DNA of 62,660 nt, the filler included, from Methanobacteriota archaeon (lineage in GTDB: Archaea; JACRDV01): the NCBI GenBank assembly GCA_024860865.1. It is 5 parts of 5 records of this genome, joined end to end, with 100 filler letters (N's around TTAATTAATTAA, not from the genome) between each part and the next. Parts side by side here need not be neighbours in the genome. Positions count along the whole stretch, not along the records: positions 12,233 to 28,747 come from JACRDV010000093.1; positions 28,848 to 51,967 come from JACRDV010000015.1; 3 more parts are not named here. One strand, written 5' to 3'. The position numbers and the translations under genes are program-made. Below, one piece after another: positions 19,990 to 29,792 of the stretch (the stretch's first letter is position 1; the number at the start of each line of letters is the position of its first letter). The notes beneath the pieces were generated by a model, which searched no databases, was not told the DNA's origin, and saw only the letters and a program-made list of their open reading frames with translations.

Positions 19990-21186
19990 TTAGAAGTCGG
20001 TCATAATTCTAAACTGGTCGACCTCTTCTACACCCATCCTCTGGAGGAATGCCCTTGCAGCACCGGTCACGTCCTTCGCAGCCGTAATAGCTCTTCCAAC
20101 CACAAGGATATCGGCACCCGATTTCAGGGCTTCCTCCACCCTATCGAGCCTGATCCCCCCGGCCACTGCCACCAATATCTTGTTATTGCATATTTTCTTA
20201 ATTTCGCCGATATTTCCCCACTGGGCCTTCTCGGTGTGCTCTACATCTATCGCCCTGTGGAGTTCCAAGATGTCCGGCTTCACCTTCAGTTTTTTGAGCA
20301 CCTCCGCCGGATCGGGCATGTTGAGAGTATCCATCAGCGACAGTGCCCCGACCTTCTGGCACTCCTCTATGAACTTCTCCATGGTCTTCAACGGCGCAAG
20401 GCCAGAAAACACTATTACGTCAGCGGTGGCATCTCCAGCCATTCTAGCCTCGAGGTTGCCCGTATCAAGTGTCTTCAAATCTGCGACCACAACGGTCTCC
20501 GGCCTCATCTGGTGGATCTTCTGCACCACTTCGACGCCGTATCTCTTTATCAGCGGCGTCCCGGCTTCGATTATTATTGCATCCGTTCTTGGAAGTGCCC
20601 TGATGACGCCTTCAACTCTTCGCCAGTCTGGAATGTCGAAGGCGATCTCAAGATACGGTGGCTTCTTCAGATTATTTATCCTAAATCCTATCATAGCATG
20701 TATTGATTTATCCTTTTCCTCTAAAATCTTATCGATGTTCGGAAACCCCTCCATAGCGCGCCTTAATGCAAGCTTCGTGGCCCCATAGTTGTACCTATAT
20801 AGTCTCTGGTAGTCCTTTCCGCGGGGATGAATGAACACAGAGACTATGATCAATATATCCTCCACTTTTTCCTTAGGTATGATTCCCTCCTCCACCGCGT
20901 CGACAACCGCCTTAGCTATAGCGCTTTGGGCAGGCCCAAAAATCTTTTCGGCATCTTCTAGGTTCCTTATGGTTACCTTAGGCACAATGAGCGTCGCGGG
21001 CTTAACAGGGAGATTGGGCCTCACCACAGCTAAAATGGGCGTATGCCCCTGTGTGGGTTGGGCTAAGGAATTGACAAAGGCCTGACTGATCGGCCCCTTT
21101 TTGCGCCCCACTACTAGATCGATATGCGCGATCTCAGGTTCTTCACCAACGAGGGCTTCACCCACTAAAAGTTCGTCGTCAATCAT
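19990..21186 (-). CDS. fae-hps: Bifunctional formaldehyde-activating enzyme / 3-hexulose-6-phosphate synthase
   Basis: Fae domain (VGEALVG, AHIDL, FGPAQ, YNYGATK) plus Hps domain (IEAGTPL, DLKTLDTG, AVAGGI, VGRAIT). Confidence 0.95.
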   Translation of the reverse strand: MIDDELLVGEALVGEEPEIAHIDLVVGRKKGPISQAFVNSLAQPTQGHTPILAVVRPNLPVKPATLIVPKVTIRNLEDAEKIFGPAQSAIAKAVVDAVEEGIIPKEKVEDILIIVSVFIHPRGKDYQRLYRYNYGATKLALRRAMEGFPNIDKILEEKDKSIHAMIGFRINNLKKPPYLEIAFDIPDWRRVEGVIRALPRTDAIIIEAGTPLIKRYGVEVVQKIHQMRPETVVVADLKTLDTGNLEARMAGDATADVIVFSGLAPLKTMEKFIEECQKVGALSLMDTLNMPDPAEVLKKLKVKPDILELHRAIDVEHTEKAQWGNIGEIKKICNNKILVAVAGGIRLDRVEEALKSGADILVVGRAITAAKDVTGAARAFLQRMGVEEVDQFRIMTDF

Positions 21187-21478
21187 AGTGCTCTACTCTG
21201 TACTCATAATTTTTACTAATCGCGAATTCGACGAGCTCACTCTTCTCATGCCATATCCTTATGTGAATGAATCCACCTCTATCATCCAGACCCATGATCT
21301 CCCTCACAAATGTTGGGAAATCCGGCGGGATTGTTTTATTATTCGTGATGAGGTATTCAAGATAATCCTTAAGGAAGAGTATCCTGCCCCCCTTGCCTCC
21401 TTCCTTCAATTTTATCTTCAGTTTTTTATGAAATACGCTTTCTTCATACTCAAATTCTTCTTTTACTTCTTGGGCCAT
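21179..21478 (-). CDS. Hypothetical protein translationally coupled to fae-hps
   Basis: 99-aa ORF overlapping the fae-hps start; GGAG and a TATA box upstream. Confidence 0.7.
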   Translation of the reverse strand: MAQEVKEEFEYEESVFHKKLKIKLKEGGKGGRILFLKDYLEYLITNNKTIPPDFPTFVREIMGLDDRGGFIHIRIWHEKSELVEFAISKNYEYRVEHYD

Positions 21479-21972
21479 AGCAATAAGTCTCCGTAAGCTA
21501 TTGTTAGGATGTAAACGCGATATAAATCTTTTCGGTGCGCGATACGCTTTTTCATATAACTAAATTTTTTCTATATCCAAATTTTCTGTAGTATTGCCTT
21601 ATTCCTATCGCACTTATTATCAGTATTTTAGTTTTTCCACTTGAAGCTGACTTATTGTCAAGTTAAAGATGCGTGCTTTGACGAAAAGAGTTCTAACTTT
21701 CTAAAGAAGATTTAGCCTTCATGAGATTTTTTGTTTGGTGAATTACCTTTATCGAACATGCAAGTTTAGGATTTAAATCTTCAACTGTGATTTCTTATTC
21801 AGTTAGATTTACTCTGAGTAAGTTTCCAGTATAACTGCGCATGTGAATCACTTATGGCCACATTCTGAAGCTTTTGCTTTTGAGCATATTGCAAGGAGGT
21901 ATTTTAAATGCTTTCTTTTAATATTAAAGTTATTTCGATAGGATTTTAAACAATCAAGGTTAATTAACAACC

Positions 21973-22122
21973 ATGTGGTCAATATTTGGGTTTACTGGGG
22001 TTGGATTAATTATACTTGGGATTATTCTAGTTATTGGGGCCGACGTTCTCAAATTCGGAGTCAGGGTGGTTGGAGCAATTTTAATAATTATCGGTCTCCT
22101 CCAGGTTTTCAAACAGGCATAA
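21973..22122 (+). CDS. 49-aa two-helix membrane protein
   Basis: MWSIFGFTGVGLIILGIILVIGADVLKFGVRVVGAILIIIGLLQVFKQA; below the ORF-track cutoff. Confidence 0.6.
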   Translation: MWSIFGFTGVGLIILGIILVIGADVLKFGVRVVGAILIIIGLLQVFKQA

Positions 22123-22205
22123 AATAACCCAAGCGTTTGTTTCTCCAAATTGTAAAGCTTATTTTTGAGCATATTTTTTATAGCTTGAAATTATTAAATG
22201 AGACT

Positions 22206-22490
22206 ATGAAAGTGAAAGTCGAATTTTTTGCAACGCTGAGAGAGATTGTTAAAGAAAAATCAATAATTGTTGAACTTGCAGAAAATTCCACGGTTCAAGA
22301 CTTGCTGGCAGATCTAATCGAGAGATTTGGTAAAACTTTTAAAGAAGCTATTTATGAATCAGAGATCGAATTGAGAAACTATATAAGAATCTTAGTGAAC
22401 GGCCGAAACATTGAGTCTATCGAGGGCCTTAAAACTAAGTTGAATTCAAACGATGAAGTTGCAATTTTCCCACCAGTAGCTGGAGGATAA
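22206..22490 (+). CDS. Ubiquitin-like sulfur carrier (MoaD/SAMP1 family)
   Basis: FFATLRE, ILVNGRNI and C-terminal FPPVAGG. Confidence 0.93.
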   Translation: MKVKVEFFATLREIVKEKSIIVELAENSTVQDLLADLIERFGKTFKEAIYESEIELRNYIRILVNGRNIESIEGLKTKLNSNDEVAIFPPVAGG

Positions 22491-22493
22491 CAA

Positions 22494-23726
22494 TTGGATA
22501 TCGAGACCGGTTTTTTAACTCTTAACGATGTTGACTTGAATGATAAATTTGTTTTAATGCGAGTTGATATAAATTCGCCAATTAATCCGAAAAATGGAGA
22601 AATTCTTGATGATACTAGGATAAGAAAGCATGCTGAAACTATTTCTGAGCTAAAAAATTCAAAAGTAGTGATTTTAGCACATCAAAGTCGGCCAGGCAAA
22701 AAAGATTTTACAACACTTCAAAACCACGCAAAAAGATTGGCCAAAATTCTTGGGAAAGAAGTTAAGTATGTAAACGATATTTTCGGAGAAAAAGCTCTGT
22801 GCGCAATTAAAAATTTAAATAACGGAGAAATCTTGGTTTTAGAGAATGTCCGCTTCTGGGCCGGAGAGAATGTTAAAGGAAATCCAGAAGAAATGGCAAA
22901 AACTGAGATGGTTCAAAAATTAGCCCATTTGTTTGATATTTTTGTAAATGATGCTTTTGGATGCGCGCATAGAGCTCAGCCATCTGTGATTGGATTTGCT
23001 TTTGTTTTACCAACCGTTGCTGGTAGAATAATGGAAAAAGAACTCAAGATGCTGAATAAAGTCCTTGAAAATCCAAAAAAACCTTGTATTTTCCTGATTG
23101 GCGGAATTAAAGTTGAAGACAAAATGAAAGCTATTAGGCATGTGCTCCAGCGAGGAATCGCAGATAAAGTTTTGACATCTGGTGTTACTGCAAATGTGTT
23201 TTTATTTGCAAGAGGTCATGACCTTGGCAAGGTTAACTCCTCTTTAATTGAAAAAGAGGGTCAAGTTGGAGCAATTTCCCAAGCAAAAGAACTCCTAGAA
23301 AGATATAATGATGCAATTGAAACTCCAATTGATTTAGCAGTTTTTTCTAATGGCAAAAGGCTTGAAGTCCCATTGAAGGAATTTCCTCAAGAAAATCCAA
23401 TATATGATATAGGTCTTGAAACCATTGTAAAATATACGAGTGAAATCAAAAAAGCAAAGACTATCGTTGCTGATGGGCCTGCAGGTGTTATTGAAGAAGA
23501 AGAATTTTCGCTAGGGACCGAGGAGCTGCTCAAAGCAGTTGCACAATCAGGAGCGCTTTCGATTCTTGGCGGTGGGCATCTCGGTATAGTCGTTGAAAAT
23601 CTGAGCATAGCTAATAAAATCAGCCATATTAGCACTGGTGGTGGGGCATGTATTTCTGTGCTTGCCGGGGAGGAACTTCCAGTTATTGAAGCTTTAAAAG
23701 AAGCAGCTAAGAAGCGTAGAAAATAA
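22494..23726 (+). CDS. pgk: Phosphoglycerate kinase
   Basis: RVDINSP, AHQSRPG, LENVRF, NDAFGCAHR and HISTGGGA motifs. Confidence 0.96.
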   Translation: MDIETGFLTLNDVDLNDKFVLMRVDINSPINPKNGEILDDTRIRKHAETISELKNSKVVILAHQSRPGKKDFTTLQNHAKRLAKILGKEVKYVNDIFGEKALCAIKNLNNGEILVLENVRFWAGENVKGNPEEMAKTEMVQKLAHLFDIFVNDAFGCAHRAQPSVIGFAFVLPTVAGRIMEKELKMLNKVLENPKKPCIFLIGGIKVEDKMKAIRHVLQRGIADKVLTSGVTANVFLFARGHDLGKVNSSLIEKEGQVGAISQAKELLERYNDAIETPIDLAVFSNGKRLEVPLKEFPQENPIYDIGLETIVKYTSEIKKAKTIVADGPAGVIEEEEFSLGTEELLKAVAQSGALSILGGGHLGIVVENLSIANKISHISTGGGACISVLAGEELPVIEALKEAAKKRRK

Positions 23727-23939
23727 TTTTAACCATTAGAGGCTAAATTTAATTATTATTCATATATCATAAAGAAATTTTTCTAAATTTACAATACTTT
23801 CAGACATCTCTGTCGATATTTATACCTGTTTCGTCATCAGAAAAATTATTACAGGGACTACATCTCAATATTTATGTTAGTTATAATGCCAAAGAGTACT
23901 ACAAATCAAGAAATATGGCATACATTAAAAATAAAACCT

Positions 23940-24109
23940 ATATCAATGGAAAAGAAAATCTGAAATTGGATAGGAAAAGTAGGATTTAAAAATCAGCGAA
24001 ATATAACAAAACTTGAGGTTTGGAAAAACTTTGGTTTTTGTCCACCGAAAACGACTTTAATAGAAAGAATTCGAATCTTAAATTGTGAAAAATACTCATA
24101 TAGTTTGAT
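23940..24109 (+). pseudogene. Frameshifted C-terminal remnant of a probable LAGLIDADG-family protein
   Basis: One frame reads YINGKENLK and the next reads WIGKVGFKNQRNITKLEVWKNFGFCPPKTTLIERIRIL; recognised from memory of tRNA-adjacent archaeal LAGLIDADG C-termini. Confidence 0.45.
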
Positions 24110-24196
24110 GCCTCGGTAGCTCAGTTGGTAGAGCGCTCGCCTTGTAAATTTTATCCAGAGAGCGAGAGTGCGGGGGTTCGAATCCCTCCCGAGGCT
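24110..24196 (+). tRNA. tRNA-Thr(TGT) with a 14-nt intron at canonical position 37/38 (24147-24160)
   Basis: Acceptor GCCTCGG/CCGAGGC; D-arm GCTC/GAGC; anticodon stem CTCGC/GCGAG with CT-TGT-A; T-arm GGGGG-TTCGAAT-CCCTC. Confidence 0.92.
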
Positions 24197-24271
24197 CTAT
24201 CGGCTCAAGAAATAAGTTTTTTAAAATTACGAAGTGGCTAATGCTTATCATGTATTGCCATAATTTAGATA

Positions 24272-25153
24272 TTATCGTATATTTTGAAACTCAAACTTAA
24301 CAATAAATTTTTTTAAAATAATCCCTGGTACTAAGGATACAGCATATTTTAATTTTTCATCAAAATCATTTGCTACAATTATTCCTCGAACTTCATTTTC
24401 TTTTGCAAGATTTTGTTTAATCCATCCCATATACGTTAAGATTTCCCCAACAACGGGATTTGAAGCCGTCCCCGTTTTAATTTTTATTCCAACGAAATTA
24501 TTGTCCTTATCCTTTGCAATAAAATTGATTCTACCAATGCCGTCAAATTGAAATTGATTGCCATTCTGTTCTTTGGATGAGTAAAGTTTAAGACCAGCTT
24601 CGAGAGAATTCAAATTATTTTCTAAAAACTCTTCGATAGTTGGTTCAGGAAGTTCAATGAATTTAGGCACTCTCTTTAAAGTTTTAGCTTTAACCTCAAC
24701 TTCGTGCGCATAGCCGAATGAACTTCTTAGTAGCGTAGGAACTAATGGTTCGTTATTATTTGCAGCATAAAATTCACTTAGGTCCCTTGGTTCTATCCTT
24801 TTAATCGAGATATATTTCAGCCATGTATTTGTTAGAGTACCTCCTTTTATTGCGTCTAACTCCTCTTTCATAGTTAATGGCGCGTCTGGCGCATCTAAAT
24901 TATCATGGCTAGTTTCAAAATCTATAACTTCAGCTAAATATTCGATTTTGCCACTTTCGCCGAACATATATAAATATAAAGGAAATTTTCCTTCAGTAGC
25001 TATTCTTTCTTTTAATACGCTTTGCCACTCATCTCTAATTCTGAAATTCCAAAATGACCATACTGCTTTGTTTTTTTCTATGAAATTTTGACAGTTTATT
25101 GGATATTCTGGATTACAGGCGCCTATTAAAACTAGTTTCAACTCTTTTTGCAT
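24272..25153 (-). CDS. NucS-like PD-(D/E)xK domain protein with an N-terminal PUA/EVE-like domain; catalytic residues degenerate
   Basis: C-terminal IEEFLENNL, GRINFIAKDKDNNFVGIKIK, VGEILTYMGW and VRGIIVA motifs; the N-terminal fold call is tentative. Confidence 0.7.
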   Translation of the reverse strand: MQKELKLVLIGACNPEYPINCQNFIEKNKAVWSFWNFRIRDEWQSVLKERIATEGKFPLYLYMFGESGKIEYLAEVIDFETSHDNLDAPDAPLTMKEELDAIKGGTLTNTWLKYISIKRIEPRDLSEFYAANNNEPLVPTLLRSSFGYAHEVEVKAKTLKRVPKFIELPEPTIEEFLENNLNSLEAGLKLYSSKEQNGNQFQFDGIGRINFIAKDKDNNFVGIKIKTGTASNPVVGEILTYMGWIKQNLAKENEVRGIIVANDFDEKLKYAVSLVPGIILKKFIVKFEFQNIR

Positions 25154-25318
25154 TCGATCACTCTAATTACATGGAAAATCTAATTTTAAAAAAATAACTC
25201 AAAATTCCGTATTTTTTTCGTAAATTTAGTAAGGAATTTTGGATTATTATAAAAAATATCTTTTTTAAGATACCATGTTAAGTGAGTTACAGCAAAGTGA
25301 GAAAAATAGGTCCTTTTT

Positions 25319-25888
25319 ATGTTTCCAGGATTAGATGTAATATTGTCCAGATTGGATATAGTATATCCTATTTCTCTCGTTGCAATTACAATTTTCATTA
25401 TAGGTTTAGTATTATTTTTACTAAAGAACCAAAACAAAGAGAACTTTTCGATGAAAAATATAGAAACGTCTTTGGAGCAATTAATAAAAGAAGCTGAAAA
25501 CTCTGAAGAAACATTAAGCGAAGTGCAAGCAAAAATCGCAGATTTAGAAACAAAAATCAAGTCTATTGAAGAAGAGCGATATAGAGTACAAATCTTGGTT
25601 CATAATCTCAAAGAGCAAGTTAAATCTTTAGAAAACGAGAAAACAGTCATCGTCGAAGAGCAAACCAGAGCATTAAACACTATATCTGAGCTTAAGGATA
25701 AAACAAAAACACAAGAGAAAGAAATAACCGAAGCCAACAAGGAACTAATTAAAAATTCAGACATTATATCAGAACTTCAAAACAAAATTTCTGACCTTGA
25801 ACAAAAGTTAAAATCAGCAGAAGAAAAAATCAGCCTTTTAAACTTCCAACAGCTTCGGCTACTGGGCAAAGGCTCAATGTACCCTTGA
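25319..25888 (+). CDS. Membrane-anchored coiled-coil protein
   Basis: N-terminal hydrophobic helix followed by long heptad repeats. Confidence 0.75.
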   Translation: MFPGLDVILSRLDIVYPISLVAITIFIIGLVLFLLKNQNKENFSMKNIETSLEQLIKEAENSEETLSEVQAKIADLETKIKSIEEERYRVQILVHNLKEQVKSLENEKTVIVEEQTRALNTISELKDKTKTQEKEITEANKELIKNSDIISELQNKISDLEQKLKSAEEKISLLNFQQLRLLGKGSMYP

Positions 25889-25990
25889 AGGTAGATACTA
25901 TTTGCTTGATTTCACAGCTAAAAAATGAAAAAAATGCTAAGAAAAAATAATTAAATTTGAATTTATAAATTTTTTTTCTAAGGGAAAATC

Positions 25991-26584
25991 ATGGGAGATC
26001 AAGACTGGTGGAATGAAGTCTATAGCGGACCTAGAGAAGAAATTCCTTGGGACATTGGTGTGCCGTCAGAGCAATTGGTTGAGTTAATTGAAAAGGGTGA
26101 AATAAAGCCATGTCCGGCTCTAGACATCTGTTGCGGTACTGGAACAGAGGCTATTTATCTGGCAAAGAATGGTTTTAAGGTCAGTGCAATCGATATTTCC
26201 AAAGAAGCTATCAAAATTGCTGAGAAGAAAGCAAAGGAAGCCGAAGTAAAAGTTGACTTCAGGGTTGGAAATGTCTTAGAAATTCCTTTTCAAGATAATA
26301 GCTTTGGTTTTGTTAATGATAGAGGGTGCTTTCATGTCTTTGCCTCAGAATACAGAAAATGGTTTGCAGATGAGATTCATCGCGTCATGAGACCTCATGG
26401 AGTTTACTTTCTTAGATGCTTCAGCGACAAGGAGCTAGGTGATTGGGGTCCTTATAGAATTTCAAAAGAAGAAATAATAAACACTTTTTCCGATCTCTTC
26501 GAAATATTTGGCATTGACGATATTAAATTAAACGGGAGAAGAGGTTCTCATAGAGGATATAAATGCTTAATGAAGAAGAAATAG
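25991..26584 (+). CDS. Class I SAM-dependent methyltransferase (TPMT/TehB-like)
   Basis: IPWD, ALDICCGTG and DRGCFH motifs. Confidence 0.9.
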   Translation: MGDQDWWNEVYSGPREEIPWDIGVPSEQLVELIEKGEIKPCPALDICCGTGTEAIYLAKNGFKVSAIDISKEAIKIAEKKAKEAEVKVDFRVGNVLEIPFQDNSFGFVNDRGCFHVFASEYRKWFADEIHRVMRPHGVYFLRCFSDKELGDWGPYRISKEEIINTFSDLFEIFGIDDIKLNGRRGSHRGYKCLMKKK

Positions 26585-26782
26585 ATTAAGCTTTTAAGTT
26601 TATTGTACCTGAAATTTAGTTGCAAAGAGCAGCGCAAGAGAGTTTATTTGATTTTAATAAAAAGAAATAATTGAACTTTTAGTTTATTCTCTCTTTGAGA
26701 CCGAGCTGTTTAAAAAAGTAGAAGAAGTAATTTTAAATCCCAAAACAGGTCTTTAAAGCCGAACTTTAAAATTATTCGATAG

Positions 26783-27298
26783 CTACTTCTTAAAGTTTAA
26801 AGCACGAGTTTGGATTATCAATAAAACGAGCAACATAAAAAGAAGCATAGTGCTTGCTGGTGAGATCAGAGCCGCATCAGTTATGATATTCGGAAAAGGG
26901 ATAAGTTCTCGCTTCAAATGTACCGCGAATTGGATTGTTGGAACTATGCTATGCTGCGATGCAGCGAGAGAGATCATAAGCCCATAACCCATGTTTGTTA
27001 TTGGCCAAAAGAATGCAAGATATCCTGCAAAGAAGTCTAACATGAGGTGGCTAAATAGATATCCAGCTGTGAGAGCAGTAGCAGGTAAGTATTTTCTTTT
27101 TTTCCAACTGAGAAGGAACAATGGGGCAACTATAGCTAAAAGAGGTAAGATTGAGTGGAGGTAGAGCCTATGTGCAGAGAAGAAGATATCCAAATCTGGA
27201 ATAAGAGCTACTGGTGCCAGCATGAGGGCTTTCTTTCGATCAACTCCTGCAATTATAAAAACTATAGCTGGAAATAATAGGTGAAATAACGTATCCAT
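26783..27298 (-). CDS. Membrane-bound metal-dependent hydrolase (YdjM/DUF457-like)
   Basis: FHLL, PDLD, HRLYLHS and SHLMLD motifs with transmembrane helices. Confidence 0.8.
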   Translation of the reverse strand: MDTLFHLLFPAIVFIIAGVDRKKALMLAPVALIPDLDIFFSAHRLYLHSILPLLAIVAPLFLLSWKKRKYLPATALTAGYLFSHLMLDFFAGYLAFFWPITNMGYGLMISLAASQHSIVPTIQFAVHLKRELIPFPNIITDAALISPASTMLLFMLLVLLIIQTRALNFKK

Positions 27299-27677
27299 TT
27301 TTTCTCCTCAGACTTGTTAATATGGGTTTAAAACATAGTTAACTGAATATTAAAATTTTTTGATAAAGGATAAAGGTATTTAATGTTCCAAAATGAACTT
27401 GATTTTAAAGTCAGATTTTGATTTTAAACCATAAATTCAGCTTTTTACATTTATCTCTAGGAATTATTTTGTTTTTAGGCTTTAGTCAGACAATATCGAA
27501 AATGCAATCAAATTCTTGCATGAAGAGATTCGGATTCACTTTATCGAGGATTTCCTTGAACTTCTCCCCCAAAGAATATGGAAAATGGCGCGCTGACAAA
27601 TTGCCGCCTGGAATCGCTAACGGAATATTTATAATGTAGCAGTAACAATTGTGTTACCAAAAAATGGATGTTACTAA

Positions 27678-27989
27678 ATGCCCGAAGTTGATGAGATAGT
27701 AAAGTACCTTCTTTACAATGAACGAGAAAGTAAGATCTTGGAATCCCTTTACCAAAGTAGAAAATCTTTTACAGAACTGAAGGAAGATCTCGGTATAAAA
27801 CACAATGCCGAGTTATCTAGAGCGTTGAAAAACCTAAGGAGATTCGTCTTGTTCGATCATGTGTACGAGAGGAAAAATGGTGACAAGGTTTTCTCCTACT
27901 ACCAAATAAACTCCATGGGCAGGACCATCTTCCAGATTGTGGAGGATGTCGAAAGATACATAACCGCAAAAGCCAAACCGTTTTCATGA
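27678..27989 (+). CDS. Winged-HTH transcriptional regulator (HxlR/ArsR-like)
   Basis: SFTELKEDLGI, LSRALKNL and YYQINSMG; palindrome GTAACA-N4-TGTTAC at 27642-27657 upstream. Confidence 0.8.
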   Translation: MPEVDEIVKYLLYNERESKILESLYQSRKSFTELKEDLGIKHNAELSRALKNLRRFVLFDHVYERKNGDKVFSYYQINSMGRTIFQIVEDVERYITAKAKPFS

Positions 27990-28344
27990 GAAGTTTATAC
28001 TTCCGCATTAGGTCGTCAAAATTGATGATGTTTTAACTTTCAGCAAAATATTGTTCCATAAAGTGCCTTAAATTAGTTAGCAGATGCAATAAAATCAACT
28101 TCCCATAGCTAAATAGTTACATAATTTCTTTACAGTATCTTAAGTATCCTACAACAAGAAAACAAGAAGTACCCTCGCTACAAAAAAGTTATCATAGAGA
28201 TATCTTATTTCTCATTGAAATTCTAATTAAATGTTCGTCAAGTTTGAATTTTTGCTGTTTTCATAGTTATGTATTAGCAAATCAAACCTTACTTTCAAAA
28301 ATTTAATAGCTATGAGAATTCATGAAAATTTTCAAGGTTAGTAA

Positions 28345-28747
28345 ATGAGACAAAATATATTAATTTTGCTAGCACTAGTATTAACTTTGACAATAATAGT
28401 TGCAGGTTGCGTTGCTCCATCAACAGGAACATTAGTTATTAAAGTGACTGATAAAATAGTTGGGATGAATCACCTATACATAACTTTTTCAGAAATTAAA
28501 ATCCACAAGGCAAATGAAACTCAGCCATGGATTACAATTACTAATAAGTCTCAAACAATTGACCTTTTTGCGATTAGAAACTTAACTTCAACGATTGGTC
28601 AAAAGAATTTAAAGCCGGGCAATTATACACAAATTAGAATAAAAGTTGAAAAAGCGTCTGCAACAATAAATGGTAAAGATCAAACACTTGAAATTCCGGG
28701 TTGGGAAGAGCAATACGTTAAAATTGTCAGAGAATTTAACATAGAAG
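28345..28747 (+). CDS. DUF4382-like lipoprotein, truncated by contig end
   Basis: Lipobox VAGC; GTLVIKVTD and GNYTQIRI motifs. Confidence 0.8.
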
Positions 28748-28847
28748 NNNNNNNNNNNNNNNNNNNNNNNNNNNNNNNNNNNNNNNNNNNNTTAATTAAT
28801 TAANNNNNNNNNNNNNNNNNNNNNNNNNNNNNNNNNNNNNNNNNNNN
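28748..28847. other. Artificial contig spacer
   Basis: N44-TTAATTAATTAA-N44. Confidence 0.98.
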
Positions 28848-29416
28848 TCAACAATCGCTTCGATATCAGCAGGCGGCCTCCCTCTAAACCCTTTTAAAAT
28901 TGGGTATCCTTTTATCTCTTGAATCATCTCTTGAGCATCAGTTTTAGCAATTGGTGCAACTCTCATTGAAACATCTCTCATTATTTCTACGAAAATTCCG
29001 CCCATGCCCAAAACAATAACTGGTCCAAACTGAGGGTCTTGGGTTATTCCAACAATTATTTCCTCACCTTTAGGAGCAAACTCTTGGACTAAAATCCCCT
29101 CGATTTTTGCATTTGGTGCATTTCTTTTAACATTCTCTATGATTTTTTTATAACCCCGTTCAACGTCATGAACACACTTTACTCCATAGATTACCCCACC
29201 CACATCACTTTTATGCAGTATTTCGGGTGAAATCACTTTAAGAACGATTGGATAACCGATCTCTTCTGCAGCATCAAAGGCTTCATGTAAGTTCTTTGCA
29301 GTTTTTTCCTTTGGAATTAAAACTCCATACTCACTTAAAATTAGTTTCGCCTCATGTTCAGTCAAAGCGTTTCGTTTTTCTTTTCTAGCGGCTTCTATTA
29401 TTTCTTGAGCAGTCAT
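28848..29416 (-). CDS. acdB: ADP-forming acyl-CoA synthetase beta (ATP-grasp) subunit, truncated
   Basis: LTEHEAK, GYPIVLKVISPEILHKSDVGGV and DPQFGP motifs. Confidence 0.9.
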
Positions 29417-29489
29417 TATTGCATCATTACCTTGGAATAATCCATACTAATTCAAAAAGCTTTTGATAAGAGATTAAAAGAGATTAAAC

Positions 29490-29738
29490 TTGCTTAGAGC
29501 AAAGTTTATTTCTCGCAGAGATTCAAAGCTGGACATAATAATAAGAATATTAAAAATTTCGGGATTTGAGTTGAAATATAGTTTATGGATAGCCGCTATA
29601 GCGTTTGTGCTTTTGTTTTTTCTTTTAATATCACTGATTAAAATAGCATCTATTATCTTTAAATTGCTCTTGCTGCTTGTGTTAGCTATTTGGCTTTTCT
29701 GGCCTTTGATAAGGAGGTCATTGAAAAGTAAAAAATAA
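29490..29738 (+). CDS. Small membrane protein
   Basis: Long hydrophobic stretch and basic tail; start uncertain (TTG 29571 possible). Confidence 0.5.
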   Translation: MLRAKFISRRDSKLDIIIRILKISGFELKYSLWIAAIAFVLLFFLLISLIKIASIIFKLLLLLVLAIWLFWPLIRRSLKSKK

Positions 29739-29792
29739 AACTTGAAAGAATTAATTAATTTTGTGTTTGCTTGGACTTTTTTGCTACCTACA

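Noticed and set aside
20180-21496. Long plus-strand ORFs (202, 156, 84 and 131 aa) opposite fae-hps
   Set aside because: Antisense shadows of a GC-richer gene, with no recognisable motifs
27418-27639. 73-aa ORF upstream of the wHTH regulator
   Set aside because: No motifs, TTG start, and it overlaps the regulator's promoter region; probably spurious
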